Assembly (NCBI GenBank): GCA_963815195.1 | Contig: CAWFGE010000021.1 | Location: 212,609-276,608 of the forward strand | Origin: an uncultured Planctomycetaceae bacterium | GTDB taxonomy: Bacteria > Planctomycetota > Planctomycetia > Planctomycetales > Planctomycetaceae | DNA length: 64,000 nt | Direction: 5' to 3' | Shown: positions 30,182 to 38,987 of the stretch, in pieces | Numbering within the stretch: position 1 is the first letter of the stretch | Layout of the letters: each line of letters starts with the position of its first letter | Notes under the pieces: generated by a model | What the model saw: only the letters and a program-made list of their open reading frames with translations | What the model was told of the DNA's origin: nothing | Databases searched by the model: none | Translations under genes and position numbers: made by a program

Positions 30182-32081
30182 ATGACGGAAACCCACGACA
30201 AGCAACAATTCTCGTTTCAAACCGAAATTAAGCAACTGCTGCATTTGTTGTCGCATTCGCTGTATCAAAACAAAGAGATCACGATCCGCGAACTGGTCTC
30301 CAACGCCTCGGATGCCCTGGACAAGATGCGGTATTTGCAATTGACCGACGAAAAATACCGCGATGACGCCCCGCTGGAAATCACCCTCGTCCCCAACAAA
30401 GACGAGCGCGTTCTCTCCATCAAAGATACCGGCATCGGCCTGACCCACGATGAGTTGATCGAAAACCTGGGCACGATCGCCCATAGCGGGTCGCTCGAGT
30501 TTCTGCAAAAATTCTCCGGCGACAAAAAAGCCGACCTGTCGCTGATCGGGCAGTTCGGCGTCGGGTTTTACTCGGCGTTCATGCTGGCCGACCGCGTGGA
30601 AGTCCTCACCAGAAGCTATCAGGAAACCGCCGGCTGGCGGTGGGAGTCCGAAGGCACGGGCGAGTTCACCATCGAACCGGCCGAGGGTTTGGATCGAGGC
30701 ACCGAAATCCGCCTGCATCTCAAAAAAGATCTCGACGAGTTCACAGAACGCCCACCGGCTGAAGCACATCATCCGCAAGTATTCCACCTTCATTCCGCAT
30801 CCGATCAAGATCGACGGCGAGCAACTCAACGATCAGCGCCCGATCTGGGTCGAGCCCAAAAGCCAGCTCGAAGAAGAGCAGTACGTCCAATTCTATCAGC
30901 ACCTCTCGCACCACACCGAGGAAAAACCGCTGTGGCATCTGCATCTCTCGGCCGACTCCCCGATCCAGTTCCACGCGATTCTGTACTGCCCGCAAACCAG
31001 CTTCGAACTGATGGGCTTCGGCCGCAGCGAGCATGGGCTGCATCTGTGTGCCAAGCGGATTCTCGTCCAGGACAACAACCGCGATCTGTTGCCGGAGTAT
31101 CTGCGGTTTCTGTATGGCCTCGTGGATTCGGCCGACTTGCCGCTGAACGTCTCCCGCGAGTCGCTGCAGGACAACACGATCTTCCGCAAGATTCGCAAAG
31201 TCCTCGTCAAGCGCGTCCTGGAGCATCTCGCGAAACTCGCCGAGGACGAACCCGAGCGCTACGGGCAGTTCTTCCAACAGTTCGGCCCCATTTTACGGGA
31301 AGGCGTGGCGACCGATTTCGAAAACCGCGAAGCCGTCGCCCGGCTGCTCCGGTTTCAAAGTTCCCAGAGCGATGAGCCGACCGTCCTCGATGCCTACATC
31401 GAACGGGCCGGCGAGAAGCAAAAACCGATTTACTACCTGGGCGGCCCGGACCTGGCTTCGATCAAGAAAAGCCCGAACCTGGAACTCTTCCAGAAGCGAG
31501 GCGTGGAAGTATTGTTTCTGACCGATCCGCTGGACGAGGTCGTTCTGTCAAACCTGGGCCAGTATGCCGAGCACCCGCTGGTGTCGATCGACGCCGCCGA
31601 TGTGGAACTCCCCGAAGCCGAGGAACAGGAAGAGAAGGCCGAGGAAGATAAGGACAAAGCCGAGGAGAAGGAGGAAGTCCCGACCGGTTTCGAGCGGGTG
31701 TTGACGTTGTTCCGCGATGCGTTGGGCGATGAAGTCGAAGAAGTCAAACGTTCGCGTCGCTTGATCGAGAGCCCGTGCTGCCTGGTCAATCCGAGCGGCG
31801 CGGTCAGCACGCAAATGCAAAAGGTGATGCACCTCGCCCACAAAGATTTCGCGATGCCGAAGCGGATCTTCGAGATCAATCCGCAAGCCCCGTTGATCCG
31901 CCGACTGGCCGAGCTGACCGCGAACGCCGACCACGACAATTTCGTGAGGGACTGCGGCCGGCAGCTTTTCGCGAACGCCCTCTTAATGGAAGGCCTCGCC
32001 CCCGACACCGAAGGCACCGTGCAGCGCGTGCACCAATTCATGACCGAACTCGCCACGAAACGCTCGCCGATCGTGACGTGA
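30182..32081 (+). CDS. htpG: molecular chaperone HtpG (Hsp90), frameshift near 30749
   Basis: SLYQNKEITIRELVSNASDALDK, DTGIG, IGQFGVGFYSAF and LPLNVSRESLQ. Removing one A at acagAacgcc restores the frame. Confidence 0.95.
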
Positions 32082-32269
32082 TGGCGGCAAGTTCGGGAGA
32101 AGGGGAGATCGGGAGAAGGGGAAATGCATTTGATCGGGCAGCTAGGAAGGTTCTTGTTCGGCGGTGAGTTCATTTCGTAGAATCGGTGTTACCTGCTGCA
32201 ATCTGTGGAAGGTTCGTAGACAAACGCAGGGGTCTCCGGTTACGCTATGTAGTGAGAGTTTTCAGGGGC

Positions 32270-32544
32270 AGGATATTACAAAGCGAGTGACCGCTCATAC
32301 GTTTCGGCACAGCTTCGCGACGCACCTGATCGAAGCGGGCTACGACATTCGCACTGTGCAGGAACTCCTGGGACACAAGGATGTTAGAACGACGATGATT
32401 TACACGCACGTTTTGAACAAGGGTGGCCGAGGCGTAAAAAGTCCGGCCGATTTTTTGCCGCCCATGCACGATAACGCGCCGCGCGTTATCGTGCACGAGG
32501 CGCATGATAAACACTATATCGTCGAGGTATGGGCGCGACTGTAA
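32270..32544 (+). pseudogene. intI: integron integrase, C-terminal remnant
   Basis: [59 protein letters not shown], the IntI-type C-terminus with HxxR, H and catalytic Y. The N-terminal bulk of the integrase is absent. attC sites follow. Confidence 0.88.
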
Positions 32545-32560
32545 CGCTGAGGCGGCCATC

Positions 32561-32675
32561 GCCTAACCAGTCGCTGCAGTTGACCCGCGGGTTCGTCTCG
32601 CATTTGGCTCGTTCACTTCAGTCACGCTACAATGACCTTCAACCCTGCTCACCGCGGGGGGCAACGAGGTTATGC
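32561..32675 (+). other. attC-like site (degenerate or shortened)
   Basis: R'' GCCTAAC with the same start as attC 34077 (gcctaacca...ctgcagttgacc), a ccgcgg stem, and R' GTTATGC complementary to GCATAAC ending cassette 1. The L'-R' spacer is short. Confidence 0.65.
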
Positions 32676-32696
32676 ATTAAAGGCAGCCGCTCTGTC

Positions 32697-33590
32697 GTGT
32701 CGAAATCAGACCGAAAAACACCGACAGCCCTCATTCTTTACTTCACGCCAGAGCGATGGGGTGAACTCGATCGCTTTCGCAATTTCTATTCCACGACGCA
32801 TCGCTTCGACCGACGCACAACTGATCGTGTTCGTGGCATCTCAAGCCACTTCCACAAAGCACACACTCTACACTCACTCGCCGTCCGCCTGCGCCCTTCA
32901 CTTGCACAAGACAATGAGCGGCTAGAAGCCGAAGGATATAGTCCGGCAACAAACGCCCGCGAGCTCAACGCAGTCATCGAGACGATTCTGTGCGAACTTT
33001 ACGCGTCGCTCGACTGCACCGCTCAACTTTTGCGTGCTCTCTATGGCAATTTGCCGGGCGTTCCAAGCAAATCAACTCGCAAATTGTTCGCCAACGCCGT
33101 GGATGGAAAAATCGACGGCCGGTTTCCAGAAACACTCTTAGACGCGATCGTGACCGCCGCACCGTGGGTTGCCGATCTCCGGCACCTTCGCGACACCATC
33201 GCCCATTCTGACACAGGATCTTGTCACCTTGACAGCGAATCAGATGTTGTTCGCTATATGAATTCCGCAATGGGTCCATCAAACCGGGCACACGTCATTG
33301 ATGACATCTTCTCCGACGTTGAACAATACTTTTCGTCGGTGAATCAATTGCTCGGCGTCATCTTCCGCTTCCTCAACTCCCAACTCAACGATTCCGAGAC
33401 CCAACAGTTTTGCGGGGTCTTCTTTGGTAGAATGTACACGCGGCTTGTACGGCCGTCCGAAGCAATCGATTTTCATGCCGGGCGTTGCCAATCGCATCGC
33501 TGGTTCGACAAGGAAGAGAATTCGACTTGCCCATTCGTCGATAAGTGCGGTGCCTACCAACGCAAGGTTCCGCCAGAGGAAAATGCATAA
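32697..33590 (+). CDS. integron cassette: HEPN-like (RxxxxH) protein with Cys-rich C-terminus
   Basis: Helical protein with LRHLRDTIAH and four C-terminal Cys. The stop codon overlaps R'' of the following attC. Confidence 0.7.
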   Translation: MSKSDRKTPTALILYFTPERWGELDRFRNFYSTTHRFDRRTTDRVRGISSHFHKAHTLHSLAVRLRPSLAQDNERLEAEGYSPATNARELNAVIETILCELYASLDCTAQLLRALYGNLPGVPSKSTRKLFANAVDGKIDGRFPETLLDAIVTAAPWVADLRHLRDTIAHSDTGSCHLDSESDVVRYMNSAMGPSNRAHVIDDIFSDVEQYFSSVNQLLGVIFRFLNSQLNDSETQQFCGVFFGRMYTRLVRPSEAIDFHAGRCQSHRWFDKEENSTCPFVDKCGAYQRKVPPEENA

Positions 33591-33675
33591 CCAAGCGTTG
33601 CACGCGAGCGGGCGGCAGCGTCGGTTCTGAAAATCAACTTCGCACGCGCCCGCCGCGTGAACTTTGTCGTTAGCC
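33585..33675 (+). other. attC site
   Basis: GCATAAC...gttgcacgcgagcgggcg...cgcccgccgcgtgaac...GTTAGCC, an imperfect palindrome of 91 bp. Confidence 0.9.
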
Positions 33676-33851
33676 CCGTTGTCGCGGACTGTTCGATGAT
33701 CCTGGCTTGCCGATCCTGCATCGACGCGCGATGGTACCCATATGCTGGGACTCGTCACGTACCGCCCGCTGTGCTGAGCGGGATTGCACGATAGGCGATT
33801 TGGCAAGGACGTCACCCTCATCAACACCGCATTGATCTGTGCAACGCTGCT

Positions 33852-34082
33852 TTGGAATCTGTTCGTTTACGCATTCCCGAGGACTTCTATCGCGACGTTT
33901 ACGATTACATCAACCGCCACAATGAATGGGGACTCGGTCTCGAAATCCTGATTGACCAGATCATTGAATACGAGATCAAGATCGCCCCAGACCACTTTGC
34001 CAAGATTCACGAAGCAATGAGTTCAATGGGCTTGGCTGAGACCGAGCGTGTCAAAAGCCTTCGAGAAGAAGTGGTCGCCTAA
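33852..34082 (+). CDS. integron cassette: small immunity-like protein (MafI-like); start uncertain
   Basis: HNEWGLGLEILIDQIIEYEIKI resembles MafI-family immunity proteins. The frame is open upstream to 33795 without an ATG. The stop lies inside R''. Confidence 0.6.
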   Translation: MESVRLRIPEDFYRDVYDYINRHNEWGLGLEILIDQIIEYEIKIAPDHFAKIHEAMSSMGLAETERVKSLREEVVA

Positions 34083-34184
34083 CCACCGTCTGCAGTTGAC
34101 CGGCGACGCCCGCGATGGATAATGAGTTGTCGGTTGTGAGTCTGCTCCCGCGGGCGGCCGGCAACTGAGCCTTTTACGTTGGGC
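34077..34184 (+). other. attC site
   Basis: GCCTAAC...cagttgaccggc...gccggcaactga...GTTGGGC, 108 bp. Confidence 0.92.
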
Positions 34185-34200
34185 CGCAGATGGGATCGAC

Positions 34201-35262
34201 ATGGTCGCTCGGAAGACTTGCCCAGCCTGCCAGAAGCGCCTCTCGGCGGCGGCGTTCAATGACTCGGGACGAACCGCCGACGGCCTGGCGCGGACGTGCC
34301 GGGCTTGCACGAATGCTCGTCGGCGGGAGCGGGGTCGTTCGCGCAAAGAGTGTCGCGAGCCCGCCAGCAATCTGGCGTCAGTGCTGCGGGAAGGCGATAT
34401 TCAGGCGGCGCGGAAACGAATGCGCTCCGGCGAGTTGCCCCAATGGGACTGGATCTGCGAGACCATGCGCGAAGGGCATCTCGCAATGGCTGAGATGCTG
34501 GTGGAATCCGGTGTCGAGCGAAACATCTTCACGATGGCTGCGATGGGCGACCTAGCGGGATTGCGACGCAGGCTCCGTCGAAAGCCCGCCGACGCCCGGC
34601 TGGCCGTCGACATGGAACCGGGCAGCCGCGACGTCACACCGTTTCACGTGGCGTGTGCTTCCGATTGGAAGTCTCACGGACACGACCGGATGGGAGCCCA
34701 GGTCGAAGCCGCCAGACTGTTGAAGGAGTCCGGCGCTGATGTGAATGCCCACGCCCACTATCGGGGGATCGACGATGCGACGCCTCTTTTTTGCGCTTGC
34801 TGGACCTCGGGAAACGTCGCGCTGGTCCGGTGGCTGCTGGACCACGGAGCGATCGCCACAGATCACGATCTGATGGCCGGTCTCGGCCACTTCCAGCGTC
34901 ACGGCCGAGCGGCCTACGACATCGCGGAAGCGCTTCTGGACTGGGGATTGCCGGTCGACGGCCGCGTGGCCGGGGATCGCACACCATTACAAGCGTTCGC
35001 TCATCAGGCGGCGCACAAGACGGTTTCGTGGCTGATCGCCCACGGCGCGGACATCGGCGCACGCGGCCCGGGTGGCCGGACAGCAGCCCATCTGGCCGCC
35101 GAGAGAAACACGCGCCCGACCACCCTGGCAATCCTCGTTGACGCCGGAGCCGATCTTGCAATCCACGATGACGACGGCCACACACCACTGGACATTGCCA
35201 GCCTGAGCGAGAAGGCTCGCGTTGTTGAGTGGATCGAGAAGATTCGCCCGAACGTCCGATGA
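34201..35262 (+). CDS. integron cassette: ankyrin-repeat protein with N-terminal CxxC...CxxC zinc finger
   Basis: Ankyrin motifs TPFHVA, TPLFCA, TPLQAF, TAAHLAA and TPLDIA; N-terminus KTCPAC...TCRAC. Confidence 0.88.
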   Translation: MVARKTCPACQKRLSAAAFNDSGRTADGLARTCRACTNARRRERGRSRKECREPASNLASVLREGDIQAARKRMRSGELPQWDWICETMREGHLAMAEMLVESGVERNIFTMAAMGDLAGLRRRLRRKPADARLAVDMEPGSRDVTPFHVACASDWKSHGHDRMGAQVEAARLLKESGADVNAHAHYRGIDDATPLFCACWTSGNVALVRWLLDHGAIATDHDLMAGLGHFQRHGRAAYDIAEALLDWGLPVDGRVAGDRTPLQAFAHQAAHKTVSWLIAHGADIGARGPGGRTAAHLAAERNTRPTTLAILVDAGADLAIHDDDGHTPLDIASLSEKARVVEWIEKIRPNVR

Positions 35263-35264
35263 CT

Positions 35265-35370
35265 GCCCAACCAAACGCTCAACCTGACCCGGTGCTGCCG
35301 GGCGGGTTTTGTGGTAGAATCCGTGTCGAGTGGCCCGGCAGCACCGGGCAGGTTAGCTTCAACGTTAGGG
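35265..35370 (+). other. attC site
   Basis: GCCCAAC...aacctgacccggtgctgccggg...cccggcagcaccgggcaggtt...GTTAGGG, 106 bp. Confidence 0.93.
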
Positions 35371-35378
35371 AGCAAGCA

Positions 35379-35957
35379 ATGCATCACCGAGTCGTGACCG
35401 CCGTGACGTGTTTGTCACTGCTGATCTTCGTCGCTGGCTGTCAAAAGTCCGCACCTGCACCAGAACTACCAATATCGGCTGGTGGACTCTTGCCTCTATC
35501 GTGGTCGCCAACTGACGCGAATCCGATGCCCGGAATTGATCAGGCCTATATCAGCACTTTTTGGATTCCGCAGTTCACAAAGAGCCGTCATCCCGTGCTC
35601 TTGCTTTGGTTCGATACCTATGGTGCTAAAGCGGCGTGGCACGAAAGGACGGATGGCTTTGACGGCAAACTTGGCGATATCGCGATCGAATTCCATCTCG
35701 CTTCTGAGACCTCGGATGATGGAACGGTCACGATCGCTGGCACGGATTACGATACAAAGAAAGGTTCGCTGTTCTTGATCTCCACCGAACGGGAAGATCC
35801 TGTTGTTAAACAATTGGATCGCAGTGTTGCAGACCTTGATATTCTGACTGTTGGTGAATCCAGCACTGACAAAGACAAGCTGAAGGCACTCGCAAGAAGC
35901 GATTCGGACATCTCAACGTTCTTTCGTGACGCAGCGCACAAACCAGAAGCTCCCTAA
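35379..35957 (+). CDS. integron cassette: putative lipoprotein
   Basis: MHHRVVTAVTCLSLLIFVAG-C lipobox. The stop lies inside R'' CCCTAAC. Confidence 0.8.
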   Translation: MHHRVVTAVTCLSLLIFVAGCQKSAPAPELPISAGGLLPLSWSPTDANPMPGIDQAYISTFWIPQFTKSRHPVLLLWFDTYGAKAAWHERTDGFDGKLGDIAIEFHLASETSDDGTVTIAGTDYDTKKGSLFLISTEREDPVVKQLDRSVADLDILTVGESSTDKDKLKALARSDSDISTFFRDAAHKPEAP

Positions 35958-36041
35958 CAAATCGGTGAACGGGAGGGCTCGGCGCAGTCGGTCCTGAAAT
36001 CAAGCTCCTCTCCTCGCCCCCCGTTACCTCGGTCGTTATCA
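35952..36041 (+). other. attC site
   Basis: CCCTAAC...ggtgaacgggaggg...ccccccgttacc...GTTATCA, 90 bp. Confidence 0.9.
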
Positions 36042-36053
36042 GAAAGAAGTCAC

Positions 36054-36572
36054 ATGTTCGCAGGCGTTGACTTTAGCGCATTCTGGACTCTGGGAGAGTA
36101 CCCAGAAAGTCTTATCGAGCCTTCGCCAACGGATGCAATGATTTCCGAGATCGAAGCGGAAATGGGATATCGACTGCCCAAATCATACATCGCGCTGTCG
36201 CGTATTCAGAACGGCGGCTTGCCCCAATATCGGTTCCATTCCTCGCCGTCACCGACATCATATGGAGCAGACGATCACATCGAGATTGCAGAAATCTATG
36301 CGATTGGCCATTCGGCTCCCTGGGCTTTGGGTCGAACTGGGTGCAACAACGCGTTTTGGATCAACGAATGCAACTATCCAGCGATCGGCGTATATTTCGG
36401 GAACTGTCCCGATAGTGGCCATCAGATGCTCGCCTTGGATTACCGAACCTGCGGTAACACTGGGGAGCCCTCCGTAGTGCTTGTCGATGAAATTGAGGAT
36501 TACAACATTGTACCGTTAGCAAAAGACTTCGAGACGTTCATCCGAGGTCTACGAACCGAATGGACTGCATAA
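36054..36572 (+). CDS. integron cassette: SMI1/KNR4 (SUKH) family protein
   Basis: IEAEMGYRLPKSYIAL...NGG...YPAIGVYFGNCPDSGHQMLALDYR...GEPSVV...LAKDFETFIRGL. Confidence 0.92.
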   Translation: MFAGVDFSAFWTLGEYPESLIEPSPTDAMISEIEAEMGYRLPKSYIALSRIQNGGLPQYRFHSSPSPTSYGADDHIEIAEIYAIGHSAPWALGRTGCNNAFWINECNYPAIGVYFGNCPDSGHQMLALDYRTCGNTGEPSVVLVDEIEDYNIVPLAKDFETFIRGLRTEWTA

Positions 36573-36587
36573 ATCATTGAATCTGAT

Positions 36588-38365
36588 CCCGGATTATTCA
36601 TCAGGTTCGTGCGTGGTGAGTATTTCCGTGGCGGAAAGTGCACCGGGTGGTTGGGGAGCGGAGGATGGGCGGACCGCCCCCTTTCCCCCTGGGGCCTGGC
36701 GATCGTTGGGTGAGTGAAGGAAAGAAACAGAAAGGCGGATGCCACGATGGCGAACTGCTCAGTCCCGAAGAACCAGTTGCTCATGGGCGTGACGTGGGAG
36801 AGGTGTGTAGGGCCGCGGGCGAGCTCCACGCGGACGTGGCCAGAGGTTGGCCAGACGCAGCGATCGGATGCGGGAAGACATCGCGGCCCAAAACGCGCTC
36901 ACGCTTTCCTCAATGTAAATCACGAGGCGGCGGGAGTGCTTCACGACCCGCGCTCCTGTCCGCAGCACCGACTGCTGGAAACGATGCAAGTCCCAGCAAC
37001 CGCCCAACTCGTCCTCGAACTCGATCCGCAGCATCGACGCCAGGTTGAACGCCAGCAGGCCCAACAGCAACGTCACTTCGTTCTCCGCAAACACCGATGA
37101 CGAAAGACGGCAGCCAATCACCGCGTTGAATTCGCCCAGCCGGTCCTCGAACGTGCCGCGCTTGCGGTAGTGCGACAACACCTCATCCGCCGAGCGTTGC
37201 TCCTCGGTCCAGTTTGTGATCAGGAAGAAGTAACGCGGAAACAGAGCCAGTTGGCCCGTCTTCGCCTCCGGCTTGTCGACGATGACCAGAATCACCCGCT
37301 GCGGATGACGCCAGCCCTCGGCTTGGTACTTTCCGAGTTCGATCACGTCCTCATATCCGCCTTTGGGCGGCCGGCCTACGGGACGTGTCAGATAGGGCGC
37401 GGCCATCTCTTCCAGCACGTTGTTCTTCTTGATTCTCCCGCAAAAACGGATGTTTTCGTCGGTCAACTCATCCAACACCGGGCCGGCGATGAAACCCGCA
37501 TCGATCCGGAGGTCGAAGCTCCACGCCAGTTGCCGGGCCTTGCCGACCACGTTGCGAATAAACCGCCGGATGCCATTGGCCGTATGCACGCTGCCTTGCC
37601 GCAGGATGGCATGAATGAAGCCGTTGCCCAGCCGCTGGCCTTCCCGCGCGCTATCGTAGTCGCCGCCGACCGAGAAACTAGCGACCAGCGGATGATAGAC
37701 GGTCTCCTTGTAGTAACCGTTGTAGCGGGCCCCCGGCTGCTGGCCATAAACCTGCATTGGGAAACTGTCAATGTCGATGGTGGCGTAGCGGACGCGGCGG
37801 TCGCTGTCGCCGGTGCTTTTGATGTGCCGATGGATCCAGTCGAACAAGGCGCTCCGCACGGCCTCGAGATTCGTCTTGCAGTCGGCCAGCCAATCGATGA
37901 GCCGGGATTGAGTGGGTTGGCTGGCCAGGCGTTGGTTGAGCACTTCTTCGCCGGGCCGGTCCCACGCGGCCATCTTCATAGCGGGATCATGGGCGAGCCG
38001 GTCGAGATCATCCTGATCGGACTCTCCCAGGGCCATGGCGTAGATTCTTTCCCGCAGCAGTTCGACGCCTTGATAGCGGACGCGGTCTTGCCGGCGAGGA
38101 TCGATCAGTCGATCGGCAAGGGATTCGGTGAGTCCGAGCCGATGATCGAAGTCCCGCAGCAGAACGGCACCGGCGTGTGACGTGAGCCGCCCATCGACGG
38201 CCTTGACCTTGATGGAACGATTGAAATCGGGCTCGAAAATGTTAGGCTGAACTTCACCCATCGCGTGTTTCCTCCGTAGGGTTTCGGGATTAGATATAAC
38301 CCTTAAACGCACAGGGTCACGCGATGGTTCCTTCTTTTTTCAGCTTTTTTGGTGAATAATCCGGG
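36588..38365 (-). mobile_element. IS1380-family insertion sequence
   Basis: Terminal IRs CCCGGATTATTCA / TGAATAATCCGGG enclosing one transposase gene; no matching target duplication. Confidence 0.9.
36759..38261 (-). CDS. IS1380-family DDE transposase
   Basis: LTSHAGAVLL, LASQPTQSR, TIDIDS...G.Q.GARYNGYY, RIDAGF and YRKRGTFEDRLGE. The likely start is MGEVQ at 38261. Confidence 0.92.
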   Translation of the reverse strand: MGEVQPNIFEPDFNRSIKVKAVDGRLTSHAGAVLLRDFDHRLGLTESLADRLIDPRRQDRVRYQGVELLRERIYAMALGESDQDDLDRLAHDPAMKMAAWDRPGEEVLNQRLASQPTQSRLIDWLADCKTNLEAVRSALFDWIHRHIKSTGDSDRRVRYATIDIDSFPMQVYGQQPGARYNGYYKETVYHPLVASFSVGGDYDSAREGQRLGNGFIHAILRQGSVHTANGIRRFIRNVVGKARQLAWSFDLRIDAGFIAGPVLDELTDENIRFCGRIKKNNVLEEMAAPYLTRPVGRPPKGGYEDVIELGKYQAEGWRHPQRVILVIVDKPEAKTGQLALFPRYFFLITNWTEEQRSADEVLSHYRKRGTFEDRLGEFNAVIGCRLSSSVFAENEVTLLLGLLAFNLASMLRIEFEDELGGCWDLHRFQQSVLRTGARVVKHSRRLVIYIEESVSAFWAAMSSRIRSLRLANLWPRPRGARPRPYTPLPRHAHEQLVLRD

Positions 38366-38528
38366 ATGACTGGTCGAAGTAAACCGAATTGAATCGCTTT
38401 TCCGTAAGATCAATAATGTATTTCATGACTTAATTAGTAACACCTTGACTATATATTCAGGAACCGAAGAAAGAAAAACGAACTCAAATGCTTGGCGATC
38501 ACTCATATTGATATAATGTATGCTCTTC

Positions 38529-38842
38529 CTAGAACCCAAACAAGTATTTTTTCTTGTATTCAATCTGTCGGGCATTTTTCATTGAAAACGTAGGATGAGC
38601 AGGGTTTAGTACAATTGTAAACGAACCTTCCATACTCTTGAATCGTTCCTCAGCCTCAATTGAGAGTCCATGCACTCCCTTACCGCTTGGTTTGGTTGGC
38701 ACAACTTTTGTAAATCCCAAACTATCGATCACGTCTTCTCCATCGCCGACCGCCCAAATGAGGGATTTTGCTGTCTTCAGGCCAACCAAAATAAGCCGCC
38801 CACCAGATTTTAAAACCGGAGCCGCAGTCTCAAAAATCCAAG
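38529..38842 (-). pseudogene. AT-rich ORF fragment, 5' end cut at a REP boundary
   Basis: The open frame SWIFETAAPVLK...KKKYLFGF* begins exactly at the REP end. A following ORF (MKYIIDLTEKAIQF..., ATG at 38426) is cut by IS1380. Confidence 0.5.
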
Positions 38843-38987
38843 AGTTCGTGTAGGGCAGGCTCCTGCCTGCCATTTTGGACTCGGTTCATTGGGGGAATTG
38901 AGGAAGGCTCTTGAAAAGACCTCAGTAGCCTGCCATTTTGGACTTGGCTTGGCTGCTTTCATCGAATGAGGAACGTATGGTTGGGCG
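38843..38987 (-). repeat. composite REP module A, distal part
   Basis: Reverse-complement match to ~18021-18180; interrupted at 38988 by IS3. Confidence 0.88.

Noticed and set aside
30740..30760. Programmed frameshift or true pseudogenisation of htpG
   Set aside because: There is no slippery heptamer or stimulator, both halves are intact, and indels are frequent across the window. Only the IS3 shift has a proper signal.
32164..32270. N-terminal part of the 126-aa integrase ORF
   Set aside because: No integrase-like sequence before ~32270; it is a fortuitous open frame upstream of the truncation.
32529..32696. N-terminal extension of the cassette 1 ORF (likewise 35229..35378 for the lipoprotein)
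   Set aside because: These extensions translate attC palindromes; the true starts lie after the R' boxes.
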